From assembly GCA_011109175.1 (NCBI GenBank), contig RDEW01000020.1:124001-188000 (forward strand): 64,000 nt of DNA, read 5' to 3'. Positions 38,837-52,100 of the stretch are shown here, one piece after another. Both the position numbers and the translations under genes were made by a program. How positions within the stretch are numbered: position 1 is the first letter of the stretch; each line of letters starts with the position of its first letter. The notes beneath the pieces are model-generated. The model worked only from the letters and a program-made list of their open reading frames with translations, did no database searches and had not been told where the DNA came from. Origin of the DNA: Dicyema japonicum. Taxonomy: Eukaryota; Animalia; Dicyemida.

Positions 38837-40910
38837 TCAAAACCAAATACAACAAAATAAAACAAACAAATAATAAACCAAGTTCAAATAAATTATAATT
38901 GAGCTTCCTTTCAGTTCACTTGACTTTTTATTGGACTTTTTCTTCCCAGCAGCTTTATTTACCGAATTGCCATCAGTCTTGGAAGGCTTCTTTCCACCAG
39001 TCGCCAACTTTTTGCTATGTCCATCAGGAATACCAATGAGAGTGACTCCCTTTCCTGCAGCCTCCTCATCACAAATGTAATATCCCTTCTTCATTATTTG
39101 CAGAATGTCCCCTTTCTTCACATCACTCAAAGCGGTCTCCCCTATATATTCCTCTTCCCTCTTAGAACTTCTATTCACGTAGTCCTTAAAATCCCCATCC
39201 GGCGGAACTGAATCAACAGTCAATAGATCATCATAGAACACACACGTGACTCCAACTGTGTTTCTCTTGGCAACCCACGTGACTCGTACAGTATTTTTGT
39301 AATCCTTAAATTATTTCTATTAATACAGTGTCCTCCAATTTGGAGTCCACGAAAATGAAGACCTCGTCAACAGCAGCGTCTCTATTTGTTTTCCTACAAC
39401 AAATACGGATTTATTGCTGTCACAATGCAATTCCCATAGTTTAAGAGTGTCAGTTTCTCTCCAACTTGTATAGATGACACGTCAACTCTCTCAACGTATA
39501 CTTCACTCTCATATGAGACATTTTTGGTGCCAACTGATGGATTCTTTAAATAATAAATAATTTAAATGATAAATTAATCCTCAAAATAATAATAATCTGA
39601 ATAATAGGGGGAAAATTGAAATACATTTGGATGAAGTTGTACTGAACGTTTTTCACAAATTTCTTGGTTAATTTTCAAAATCACTATCTCTGACTTTACA
39701 AGTGCAGTAAATCTTGGAGATACAGGATCGATCACCTGAAAAAAATTAAAAAATGGTAACCTTCCTGTTCATAGCCCACAGTTTTTCCCATCCCATCATA
39801 ACAGGGGCAGTGGAGAGCCCCGATGTAATTAAAAATACTACCTGAGCTGTAATGAAGTCCCAAAGACCCTGTAAGGTAAGTCCTCTCCTGAAAATTCCTC
39901 GAATTGTAGGAAATCTAGGATCATTCCTATTATAAATTATCTCCTTACCAGCCATCAACTAGTCCTTCGTCGACGAACCAGGCGAGTTTTCTCTTTGACA
40001 TTACAGTCCTCACAAAGGCGATTCTACCATACTCGTAGATAACTGGGGCTCTTAGGGCTACATGTTATATTAAATGGGCAACCCAGGCTAGCTAAAATCC
40101 ACGCGTACTGCTCATCCCTGTCATGATACTCTGTTGTACGAAGCGCGTGGGTGACTCCTTCTATACTATCCACTATTGGGCAGGCAAAGTCGTATGTAGG
40201 GTAAACTCTATCTGTGCTATCAATGTATACTTGTATTTAAGCCCTGTTCTCACGTGGGTCTCTGCCTTGCTGCGGTACAACGTCGGGTCCCGCATGCAGC
40301 CATTCGCGTGTGACATGTCGATCTTGGCCCTCACGCACAATTCTGTAGTATCACCGTCTAGCATTCGAGCCCACAGTTGTAGGTTCTGGTCGACAGCTAC
40401 TAGTGTTGAGAAAAAGCAAACTGTTGCTACGGCTTTTGCTTTCAATCCTCTTTAATCGCTCAGTCTTCATCTGCTCCGCGGCAGTGTCGTCCACGTAAGC
40501 CAATCCAGCCTTGAGTAGTTGGGTGCAGTAATCTATGAGGGTTTCGAAATGGTCGGAAGTATGAGTCAAAACGTCGTACTCAACCCCCAAACGTGCCAAA
40601 TCTTCCAAAATGGCCTGCTTGTTAATTTTCGTAGAACCTTCTCGAATAAAGAGTTCTCCTTAGACGGATTCGTATCGTCAAATCTCATAATCATTTTCCC
40701 TTTGTATTTGTTCTTATAGTATAGGTTGAGTAAGGCAGCCTTTGCGTGACCCACGTGGAGATAACTACATAGTTAATTTCTAATACCCAGATGCTTCAGG
40801 TGGAAATCGTACTACCACTTTGCCTTCCACTGCATCTGGCAGCTCTATAAAGTGACCAATATCCCTGTTGGTACTCTAATAATAACTTGAAATAGCAGTA
40901 CATCTGCCAT
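38837..40910 (-). CDS. Cytoplasmic glutamyl-tRNA synthetase (GluRS moiety of EPRS), multi-intron
   Basis: Spliced N-terminus [43 protein letters not shown] (HIGH motif); MRFDDTNP; [17 protein letters not shown]; LSKRKL (KMSKS-like); [14 protein letters not shown]; [20 protein letters not shown]. Exact C-terminus uncertain. Confidence 0.93.
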
Positions 40911-41223
40911 GCTTGTTTTAAGTTTAAAATAAGTTAATATTTATTATTTAATATTTTTATTTAACAAATATTTAAAATTTAAATTCAATTCTTTTTAAAA
41001 TGTAGTTACTCAATTGTTATGATGATTTATGGGCGTACAACTTACTCAAATGTCTGATGTAAATTTCACTCATTTTGGTAGTTAATATCCACGCAATCAG
41101 TACATGTGCCACATCGAGATTTTTATAAATATCTGTTTTTTATTTTCTTTATTGGTTTAATCAAAAATTTGACGTAAAATCTGGCAAACATACAATCTTA
41201 AATTTGATTTGGGACGATCACTA

Positions 41224-42110
41224 ATGCGCGAATTATTAGTAGTTATCCGTTCACATGGTCGCAGAAAAAGAGGACCTCCAATATCACAAAAGTCCATCCG
41301 GAACCCTCAGAAAAAGAAATGTCCTGTACTTTCAGTTGCGGAAACCCCTTCAGTGGAGTGCGAGGGGAAATCATTTTTTCGTGCTACCAGTCGATTAAAT
41401 ATTATTTATAACGATTCTTGAAAAAACCGGTGAAACTCCTGAAGGAACCAAATGTAGGTAAAAATATGAGTGAACTTAATAATCTTAGCTTTTTGGTGAG
41501 AGATTTAGTCAGTCGTAATAACAATGGCTATCTCAAGATAATATGTGTTCTCATATAATCTTTCCTTCGTCTTGATTCTTCTAATGTGCATAACTAAATA
41601 AACTAAAAATATTCAGCTTCGAATACCTGCCATAGAACTCGTGTCATGTAGTTATTGAACGAAAAACCGTGAAAATGAGGTGGAAGATTAGTAGGTTTTC
41701 GAATTGATGGAAGGACTACGAGACATTATATTCTCCCAAATTATTGGCGGCATATTCAATGCTTGAAGACACACATGTTTTGTATTGCTAGTGTTAGGAA
41801 TTCAAGAGGCCTTCGTGTGCTCAAACTGAACGTATCCATATCCCAAAGATTCTGCATCGGCGTTGTTTGTGATCTCCAAAGAGACTACTGGCACAAAAAG
41901 GAAAAATCAGTAAATTCGTTGGTTTTATAATTTTTTTGATTCCCCTGACAAACAGGTTAGTTGAGTACTATTTGTTTGTAGTCCGATAAGGACGAAACTG
42001 CATAACTCATGGGGACTATTTCGATCTCGTAATGGTTAAATTTCTCGGTTTCAGTGTGGCGGGACTTTGTTGTGAAGTATTTAATGTATTTTTATTGTGT
42101 TTGGTCGTCG
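41224..42110 (+). pseudogene. Possible decayed gene divergent from GluRS; partial copy at ~18240-19000
   Basis: ATG followed by a 26-nt GT-AG intron-like segment gives MRELLKKRTSNITKVHPEPSEKE..; more intron-like segments follow but no continuous frame and no recognisable family. Confidence 0.25.
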
Positions 42111-44149
42111 AAATATTCAGCTTAATGCTCTTTCCGCGACGGTGGCATAACACAAATTTTCAATCTCGCAATAAACAAGAACAAAATCCTGTTAATATGG
42201 AATAAATCACTAATACACCCTATCCTGAAGAAAAACAAACCACAAAACTATCCGTCCTCTTACCGACAGGTATCCATCATCTGTGTCACGGGTGTTAGAA
42301 AAACTGGTCCTTCTCAAGATCCGTCCTTTCATAATTCTACCATCTTTTTTACACGAATTCCGCGAAGGACACTCAACAACAACTCATCTAACAAAACTGG
42401 TTCAATTCATTTCGGACGACCAGAATACCCCAAATTCATATATGAGAATCTTTCTGGTCTCAGTGGAAAAAGCATTTGAATCAGTAGTATCTCGGAAGGT
42501 CCAATATTCAAGTCACGGTTGGCTAATTTCATTAACGGTCTACGGACGGGCGAAGTAGTGGCAAACAACCAAAAATAAAAACCGCGATACCTTCCAAATG
42601 GAGTGGCATAAGGATCACTTTTGTCACCAATGCAATTCAATTTGTTCTTCATGCGGATGATCTCGTGATTGCAGTGAATCATCGAACCGTTTACATTTGT
42701 CATTAGGAAAGTCACATGTAACGACGTCTACCTCATCACGAAAAGAGATATGACAACGGCAGAAATAACATTATATGGCTACCCGATCCCTATTAAGAAG
42801 ACCCTTCAATCCTTGGAATCATCCTGGATCCTATCCTTTCATTCATCCATCAAGTGAATTTGGTAACCGCGAGGATCCAAAAGAAAATTGGAATGCTCAA
42901 AGCTTTAACGCAGTCCCCAGTATCTTCCCTCCAATCGTTGGAATTTCTATACAAACAATTTGTTCTACGAGTATCGAGTACGCCTGTGGAGCATGGATTG
43001 CCATACTATCACTGAAATGTTACAAAACCGATGTCTTAGACTTGTGGTTCTCAACCTTTTTTTAAATCACTATCGCGAATTTTTTTTCTCCCCTTATTTC
43101 ACAGCTCAAAATGTTATTACCACGTACAGAAGAAAGGCAAAACTGCGAAGGAATTCAGGCCTCGTGGCAGAATTTTTAATAACGTAATCCCTCATAAATA
43201 TCGCTATGTCCTGGTCTTTAAAAATGTTGTTGATGTTGTTGTTGTTTATTACCACGTACAGAAATTATTTAATAAGTATTTTTTTTATTTAAAAAGCATA
43301 GTTTTAATGAGATTCCTGTAATTAATGAGTATTCACAAGATTCTCTAAATTTGTCTTTCTTTTCTTAAGTGCAATCTTTATATCTCCTTTCTTGTACATT
43401 TATTTTGTTTCGTTTTTTCCCGATGATATTGTTGAGAGTGCTCAATCCTCTTTCTACGCAATATGAAGTCGAAAACATAAAATGATTGGAGTCATTTTCT
43501 CCGTAATTCAAAAAGATTAATAATTCAATCTGAAAATTTTAATTCATCAAGTCGACAAATCTCCTTTTCAAATCTCAGGCCAAAGGTTCTAAGTGAAATT
43601 GGTAAATTTTTGAATCGTTATCATCAAAACTATCATCATGAAAATCTAGAGGTCCAAAATTTTTTAATCAAGCTAAATTGGAAAAATTCAACTTTTTCAA
43701 TGAGCGTATTAATAATTCTTTGGCAATCAATTAAATTAATCCCCATGTAATGCCAATGAAACTTCATCCAATTTTTAAAAAAATCCAATTCAAATAAAAA
43801 TCCAGCATGTTTGAAGAATCCTTTTGTAAAATTTCGTGAATAAATGAATCTAAACACGGGCTAACACTCTCTGCTATTGATTGGAGATTACCTATAAATT
43901 AAAATAAATAAACAGTTTTTGCGATTATCTCTGCAACTTTGTATGAATAAAATAGTCCAGAAACATTTTTAAATATAATTTTATAAAATAAAGAAGTTAA
44001 AATGTTATATTTTCATAATTCTTTTTAAAGTTCAAAAAAATTCTTTTTTTTTCAATTGAGTTGGGATGTTTAGGATTAAATGTTCGATTAAGCGCGATGG
44101 TTTCATTGCCACATTGGAAAACACTGTACCGCATTCCAAACAAATCAAA

Positions 44150-44244
44150 GCGTGGAACCTTCCACCAGGTGAACAGCAGCGAGATTCAAACCCGTAGCCT
44201 ATGCCACTTATGCCCGACACCTAACCACTATGCCACCAGGCTGC
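44150..44244 (-). mobile_element. tRNA-derived SINE head or tRNA pseudogene
   Basis: Minus strand gcagcctggtggcatagtggttaggtgtcgggcataagtggcataggctacgggtttgaatctcgctgc: Pol III A box TGGCATAGTGG and B-box-like GGTTTGAATC at tRNA-like spacing. Confidence 0.65.
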
Positions 44245-44259
44245 ATGTTTAGGGAAAAT

Positions 44260-44820
44260 CAATATTGAAAAAAGAATAACAGGCGTTGAGAATGTACTTT
44301 TTGGATTTAATAGAAATGGGTTTAATGAAACAATTAAATATCCGCCTAACTGGATAGCCACAGGTTGTGGTGGAGTTTTCAACTTTTTTGTTAAAAAATT
44401 CACGTCTTTGAATGACTCAATTTTTAATGTGATGAGTAGAGTTGTGGAAGGAGAATGTGTGCTTGGAGATTGGTTTTTAACTGGACTCACTTACTTGATT
44501 CCAAAATGCACTGCTCTGAGTCTCCAAAAGATTTCCGCCCGATTACATGCATGCCAACATTATGTAAACTCATGGCGAAATGCATTAATATGAAGCTAAC
44601 TGACTATGCGGAAGCATTTGATTTACTTATTGCAAACCAAATGGGCACTAGGAAGAGATGCCAAGGTGCTGAAGAACAGGCTCTAGTGAACAAGTCACTT
44701 AACAGAATCAACGGATTTGGACTTAATGCAGCATGGATTGACGTTAAAAAGGCTTTCGACTCAGTAAACCATGATTTTCTTTTTGATGTCCTTTAAAACT
44801 CCGGCATCCCAATGTGGATT
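44260..44820 (+). mobile_element. R4-like RT fragment
   Basis: WFLTGLTYLIPK, PKDFRPITCMPTLCKL, QMGTRKRCQGAEEQAL, WIDVKKAFDSV. Confidence 0.85.
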
Positions 44821-44824
44821 GTTA

Positions 44825-44930
44825 ATGAACAGGAGACCCTCGTGAGCGCTGCTGGTTATTTGAGCGAATCTCGCTCGCTATCCTGAGAGGGAATAGCCAC
44901 GCAGTCAGGCCAGCCACTATATAACCGTTT
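44825..44930 (+). mobile_element. CRE-like element 3' end
   Basis: TGDPRERCWLFERISLAILRGNSHAV, homologous to DPRETGWFRERISLAIVR at ~54100. Confidence 0.65.
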
Positions 44931-45204
44931 ACTCTTTTTTCTTTCCTTATGAAAGTTTATTACTAAATCGGCTTAATTAATTTGGAACCGAATGAATTTG
45001 AGATGATTGATACTTCTTAGTTAGTTAATTAAGTAACCCCAGCCTCATTAACTTGTAGGAGGCTAACAGCTATTAAGTAGGACGCAGCAGATGTTGGTCG
45101 CTTCCATAGATCAGTCAGTTCCGGCATTGTGGAGAAACGTTGTGCCAATTCATGACATTGAAATAGGTGATTTGTTGTCAGCACTTGGAGGTTGCAAAAA
45201 GGGC

Positions 45205-46010
45205 AGATTTCGTTAACGAAATTACGGACTTGACTTTTTTTCCGTTTATAAATTAAGATTTTTATTCATGATCGTTTCATTTTAAAGTAAGCAAGTTTAG
45301 AATAAGAAATTATTTAAATAGTTAATTTTGGCTAATGTTAATGCTTTAGCTTGTAATTGCATTAAAATGTCCCGCCACAACTAAAACCACACGTGGTGGA
45401 AATAAATTCTAAAAATAAAACTGATTTTTTCTACTTTTAAAAGTTTTTAAATTTTTAAAATGCTATAAACATGGATTTTTATTTAACGTGAATCAAAGGA
45501 TTATTTAATGTGAATCAAAAGAATATATAATATTCCATGCAATTGCTTTTAGGGCTTCTCCTACTGTTTTTTTTACCGTCCTGGCGATCCAGACATATAT
45601 TTAAAAGCCGTTTTTGTTTATCAATCGTTTTTTATTTGTTCTTGTTGAAATTTTTTTTCCAAAGGATATCCTGGTCAATAATAGTTTTCGTCATTTTTTC
45701 TTCTTTTTGGAATGACGATGTAATATTCCATATCGATGGATGACGATATCCCGTCAAATTGTATAATTTATTGTTCCACCCTTCACCATAGTTATTTGTT
45801 CTTTGTTTATTATTGAGTGTAGCTTCATACACATTCCATAAATTTGGAGGAAACAATGAAGCAATGTGCTGTATGATAACAGCTAAGGGGTTTTCTTGAT
45901 AATTTAAGCAACGAAAATAACCGCGCTAATATGTATTCGTCTCCCAAATACTGCAAGGACAGCTCGAAATACCGAATCTTCAAAGTCTGCCATAATAGTT
46001 TCAAGACAAA
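45205..46010 (-). mobile_element. Mutator-like transposase C-terminal part
   Basis: FPPNLWNVYEATLNNKQRTNNYGEGWNNKL..HPSIW, a typical MULE C-terminal motif; subterminal motif shared with ~27600. Confidence 0.7.
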
Positions 46011-46599
46011 AATTCTGGGATGTCGAACACTGCGATTATCTCCTCCTACAGGAAACATACATCCTTCGATCCTAAATTAATTTGGAATGGAGAGCTTATC
46101 CCAGTTAATAAGAACCCATCAATCCTTGGAGTTACATATGACCCGTTGATGACGTTCACACATCATGTGGACACAATAATTTCAAAAGTTCAAAAAAGAT
46201 GGGGATCCTCAAGACTTTGCTAGATCGCCAATATCTTCACTTTCTCATCTCAAATTATTATACAAACAGTATATTCTACCGACAATGGAACATGCATGTA
46301 CGGCGTGGATTACACCCTTGTCAATATCCACGCAGAACAAATTAGAGGTCATACAAAACCAATGCCTCCGGATCCTTCTTAAATGTGACAGAATGACGTC
46401 TACGTCAGAAATGAGGAACAAATTAGATCTCAAAAAAGTTATGGAACATCTCGGTAACGAACAACAAAAATTCTTGAAAATGTGCGATTTTCTGGTAGCG
46501 CTCTTGAAGATGAGTTTCTTGCCTACCAGAAGTATGCTCGTAAATTTGAGATCAAACTTGAAACAGAAACATTTTTTTTCAATCCTCAGATTTCTGTGA

Positions 46600-47030
46600 A
46601 CTCGTCTTCCAGACCAATTTCGTGGGAGCATTTCTACTGCAGACCGTTATGATCCATTTAGATCTTTCCGAAGAAGTAGTAGTGGAGGAGTGGATGTGCT
46701 TAAACACGACATCTAATTGACATGGTATCCTACTCTTTTGGCCAGCCTGGGACACTATTGATGAGAAATATCCTTGATTTTGTGAACTTGATGCTTTCTG
46801 GGAATGTGTCTGATATCGTCCGTAATCATTTTTCTAGTCGAACTAATTCGCTGAGAGAAAAAGACAGGAATTTTGCACTTGCTTTGGGCAACGTTTTTCA
46901 TCGGCTTTTCGAAATGATTGTCTGTCGACTTGTAATAGGAAACATTACAGCCGATTTGTGTCCTTCACTGCTAGATGTTGGGGTAAAGCGGATGTGAGGT
47001 GGGGATTCATGCTGTTAGAGGATTTGTTAG
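46600..47030 (+). mobile_element. CRE-like RT N-terminal fragment
   Basis: SSSGGVD, FVNLMLSGNV, ALALGNVFHRL, GCEVGIHAVR. Confidence 0.55.
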
Positions 47031-47439
47031 GCGTCTGATTCCGATAATGGAGGCGGATTCTTTAACATCCCAAAGATGTCTATCAATTGCACTCGAAACC
47101 TTCCCCGCTTGTTTTTGTCGATCCAGTTATGACCTCTGAGACTAAAGTCAGCAGGTCGATCATTTAGATTCCCTCTTTTTTTCTTTTGTGATTGACTCCA
47201 TTGTACATGATATACATAGTCCCCATAATATTTGGCAAAATCACGACTGTATTTTTGGTGGGTGTTCGAAGAGTACATCACATTTTTACATTATAATCCC
47301 GGAAGGGGACATAAAAAAGATTAATTCTTCAATATTTGGGTTGATGATCAGAGTGACCTACCTTTGGATTTGGAAAGCTTCTTTAATTGTACAATCCGAT
47401 ATGTTTTGGATAAATCTGTAAATTATAGTTTTTGTTGTA

Positions 47440-47720
47440 CCTCCACTTCACCAATCTCCCCTTAGATCATTATTGAGAATTTCTGGAAGCGGCATGCGTT
47501 GACGTCCACGGAATTATTCCCCAGATACTAAGTAGTCTTCCATGATGACATACTTGCGTGCTTGGGATTCTTAAAATGTTGCCTAACAGATTCCATCATG
47601 CCTCTGTGACAAACATGTTTATGGGTCCCGTGAGGCATCTTTAGTATAAATCTTATTCTCATTGGCCATTTCAGTCCTAGGAGAGAATGGTGGTGAAGTA
47701 AGTGGCTCTTAATATGTCGC
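47440..47720 (-). mobile_element. RTE LINE remnant
   Basis: SLLGLKWPMRI and FRGRQRMPLPEILNNDL. Confidence 0.55.
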
Positions 47721-50104
47721 GTCCCGCACTGGTTACCCACCCGTGCTGGTTACATGTCACCTGTCACCTGTCATTCAATCAATATTAATTGGTTCCTAAT
47801 CAAAAATTTATTTTTTTAAAGTCTATATTTTCTTGACTTGACTCTTTAGTTATCCTAAACGTGCCTTAATCTGTGATAACAATTATTATTAATATAGGGA
47901 CGTACGCGATGCCAAGACAAAGCATGTGCAACACGAAAAGTTAACAATCTAATTAACATCGCCCATTTTTTTCAATCCGTTGTCATGTTCCGTAGCATAA
48001 TATAATATAAATAATTCGGTTGTTCGACAAAAATTTGAGTAATCTACTTGGTTCTCCGAATAAGAAATTTCCTCCCGTAACAATTGCTTTTAGAAAGTGT
48101 TTAAACTGGGAAAGTGTTGTAAGTTATTGCTAGGCAATTAAAGCGAAAAGTTGATAGAAAACAAAATTGGAATATGAAAAAACTGAAAGAGAAATAGATG
48201 AGGTTGGAGTACAGACTTAAGAATCAAAGAGTATTGTTTGGTCTGTACAAAAAATCACAAATGATTATACTATGGATAAATCAAGAGATTCTCAGATTTT
48301 TGTTTTTAATCGATTCTAGAGAGGATTCGGTCAATATCAACAAATAACAAATTTTTACTTGGCTTGGTGGTTTTCTTAAAAGGAGACAACAACCAGGATG
48401 AAGTAACCAGGATTACCCCGGTTAATACCCGTTCTCTTAGAATGCAAGCCATGTTAGTACTACACAATTAGATCCATGATTTGGTAACTCAAGCATTGCC
48501 CAACTTGCCAACTAGGTTTGTCTCTTCCTATTTGCACGTTTTTTGCTCAGTTAGTTAATTAACCACGTAGAAGGCTGAGAGTCTAGTGAATCCGAATTCG
48601 TTCCTATTTTGAGATACTGAGAGATAATCTGTGAGTGAGAACAGCATAATTATCCTCCTAGGGTGCTGAACTAGTAGCTCAACGTTTTAGCATGAAGCTT
48701 AACCCGAGACTAAATCGATAACCTAGTTGTCAATAAATCAACCATTTAGTGATATTCAGTGAATATAGCTAATCCATATGAAATATCGACACACCGCCAA
48801 TCAGAAAATGTGAATATTCATTGTAATGATAACGACTCTGCCATAGAAAATCATTGATTTAGTCTCTTACTATTAACACGTGTATCTCACTTAACTGATA
48901 AGAGCAACCACCTCTGCAGTCAGTTTTCTAAGCGAGTTTCTTTTCCTTGTATCACTTTCCTGTATCCTATTATTTCCCACAACTCGTACACAATATTTCG
49001 AAACCGAACTCCCTACGAATTATAGGGATCATGAGTTATTAATCGAAAAAAAACTTCGAGGCAAAAAAAAATTAGAAATATTGCCAATTATCTAGATTTT
49101 AGTAAACTGAGTATAAATTTTAATAAAATCTTAAAAAAACAGAAAAACCTCAGAAGACCCACCTTACCCTGAGAATCAAAATCCCATCTTTATGCTTCCT
49201 GATTATTTTAACCACGAAGTAAGCATCAATAATTAGTCAAAATTGGGGGATTTCACGCAATGCTAAATTTGAGACAAATTTGAAGCTGAAAAATTCTGAT
49301 AATCTCGATATCGATAATTTGATAATAATATCAATTTCCGGCCTACGGAAACTGGAATTCTTATCCGACTCAACTCATGAAGATTAAAATCCAGATTTTC
49401 GCTATTCGTTAGACCATTAGGAAGTGGAAGGTCTCTGAAGCGACACTAGCTTTCTGCATGTTAGAGAGGCTGAGGTGAAGATTCAATTCTTCGTGAGAGG
49501 CACATGAAAGTAAAGCAACTTTCTAGTCTTTTCTTGAACTATGAACACGTTGTTGTAATATGCCTTAGTGTGATTTGTGAATTTTATATTTCAATATTAA
49601 ATTATGACACATACAAGTAAGCGACTCTCTTGACTGAGAGCGCATTTACAATTTATATGGAAATGCGCTCAATCAGAAATTCATATTCTCTGCTGTCACT
49701 CCTTTTTGCTACCACCGATTCGATTCCACATAGAGGGAAAAGCTGCTCACCAATTTAAGACAATTTTGAAGTTTAAAAACTAACATATCAATTAATATCG
49801 ATCGCATTTGGTTTGGAGTGAATTAGATTCCTGCGGTTTGCATAATTAACTCGTTTAGTTCCTATGAAGTAAGACTTTAAAAAAGATTTACTTGTCTTAA
49901 AAATGAGATTCAAACCTAGAAAACCGAATTTCGCGGAAAAGTCAAAAACCCGTTCAAAATATACTGCAAAAGAGGTTGTACAAAGTTGTCCAATTCGCTA
50001 AAATTCTATATACAACTAAAACAGCTGATTTCAGCAATAATTCGTCGCAATCATTGTTTTATGAAAATCATAAAGTTTATCGATAATTAATCGTGGTTAG
50101 GGCA

Positions 50105-50117
50105 TTTATAAAAAAAA
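50105..50117 (+). promoter_or_regulatory. Candidate TATA box of the IF gene
   Basis: tttataaaaaaa about 30 bp upstream of ATG 50141; weak evidence in AT-rich DNA. Confidence 0.3.
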
Positions 50118-50140
50118 GGCGCAAAAAAATTATTTTCGAA

Positions 50141-52100
50141 ATGAAAGTCTCGTCGAGGTACAATAGGAAGGAGAGCTACAGGCCAAAAACACGTAGGAGG
50201 ACATCAGCGACGAAAATGTCAAATGGTGAAGAAACTCAGAGATTTTACTTAAATAACAGTAATATCAAAAACATTCAAACCCAATATTATTCATCCCCTC
50301 GAGGACTTTCTAATTCATACGACACCTTCTCTGCAATGGGCACATTTAAAGACGATAGAATGAAAGAGAAAACAGAGATGCAGGCACTCAACACGAGATT
50401 TGCTCGATATATCGAAGATTCTCGGTATAATGAAGCTCTGAACAAAAAATTAAAAGAAGCAATTGAACGGTTGAAAAATTATCCTATAAAAACGGCTGAA
50501 GATATCAAAAGAATGTACGAGACCGAACTCGAACAGATCAAGAAGCTCATTAAAGATAGTGAGACTGAGAAAAATTTGGAAAATGAAAATATTCGTGCTT
50601 TTCAGGAAGACTATGCAGATTTGGAGAGCAAGTACTTAGAGCATTTAACTCATTTAGCCTGAAAGATTGCCAGGCTACGGAGGAAGACAACCGTATAACA
50701 CTGAAAAACCAATTCAAAGATTTAGCAGACTGCGAAGCAACAATCTCTCGACTTGAGCGAGAAATTGAACTGGCCATGGAGGACAAAGAAAGGAATAAAA
50801 ACATAATTTCGAGACTTAAAAATGAAATTGAAGTCGCAAAAAATGTATAAAATTTTGCGATAGCTTATCAACTTATCGACTAATATTTTAGAAACTTGCT
50901 TTCGAATTGCACTCAAGACAAAACTCTCAGAACAGATATAACGACCTCTTTAATGAATTGAACAAAATAAGAGAGCGTAATGAACGAGTAATGGGAGATG
51001 ACGATATTTTAGGAATTGAGTGAGATTAAGTTCATTCCATGTGAAGACAAAATCAATGAATTTAGAAATTGGTGGTCAAGCGAATTTTCCAATTTGTTAA
51101 ATGAAATACAGAGAGATTACGAAAATAGATTAGCATCGATAAAACAGGAGGCCGACTCGAATTATGCTTCCCAGGTGCCTTGAAATAATATTTAAAACAG
51201 ATCCACGAAATTCAGACTTCTGCAGTCAGGATGAACATGGAATCAATGCAAATGAATGATAAATACTCAGTTCTAAGGGAATCCGAAACTAAATTGAAGA
51301 ACTCGTTCACTCAAACAAAGAACGAAGTCTTCATGAGTTTAACATTAGAATTTAACTCTGACAAACCAGAATCAACAATTGGAAATGAAATACGAGGAAC
51401 TGCTTAATGAATACAATACAATGGAAAGTGAAAAAGAAAATGAAGTGTCAGCCTTTAAGAAAAGAGGAGAGAAGATCTTGAATGACCTTAATCTTATAAC
51501 ACAAAATAATGAGCAACTCAAGAAGGAAATAGAGACTTACGATAGATTGCTAAAAAATGGGGAATGTAGGAATCAGAATAGACAGGGAATTAACTCAAAT
51601 TCAGAACAGAACACTATAACATGTACTGTTGCTAATAACTTTAAGATCAAAGTCGTGTTCCACAATTATTAGGGGACAAGTACAGGCGACCGAAAACAGC
51701 AGAGTGAGTTCTAAGGGACCTATATTAATCAGTGAGGTGGACAAGGATGGAAGTTACATTGAATTGGAAAACACAAGTCAATCTCAAGTTTGATGTTAAA
51801 TATTCAATGTTAGTCTGAAAGTCTCTCAGGATGGAAGGTGATCCAGAATACAGACAATGTTGATATCGCCGAACTTCCAATCGACCATTTAACTATGAAA
51901 CCTGGAGAGAAGATAAGAGTCTGGGCCGAAGGAAGGGGAAACCCTAATGACAATGATCTCATTTGGATAAACAGACAGGTTCTCGGAAATGGAGAGCAAG
52001 TTAACACTGCTCTTTTAAATCAAAGAGGAGATGTATGACTGATTTTTAAATTTTATAGGAAATATCAGTTCGCACATCCAGGAGAACTTACCACTTTTAA
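50141..52100 (+). CDS. Cytoplasmic intermediate filament protein with lamin-tail domain (protostome type)
   Basis: Coil 1A EKTEMQALNTRFARYIE; rod end EIETYDRLLKNGECR; LTD KGPILISEVDKDGSYIELENTS..LSGWKV..MKPGEKIRVWA; ends RRTYHF* with no CaaX box. Introns mostly 22-26 nt, one of 47 nt. Confidence 0.9.

Larger units (their letters stand above)
28830..46550. repeat. Segmental duplication copy B (retains intact GluRS)
   Basis: Direct repeat of 9643-28350; offset ~19.2 kb at the left end and ~18.2 kb at the right end, with copy-specific indels. Confidence 0.9.

Noticed and set aside
51620-51690. Micro-exon or 16-nt intron in the IF gene
   Set aside because: A 34-nt intron or a homopolymer error restores the frame equally well; not resolvable from sequence alone.
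50141-52100. Nuclear lamin
   Set aside because: No CaaX box and no NLS between rod and tail; fits a protostome cytoplasmic IF.
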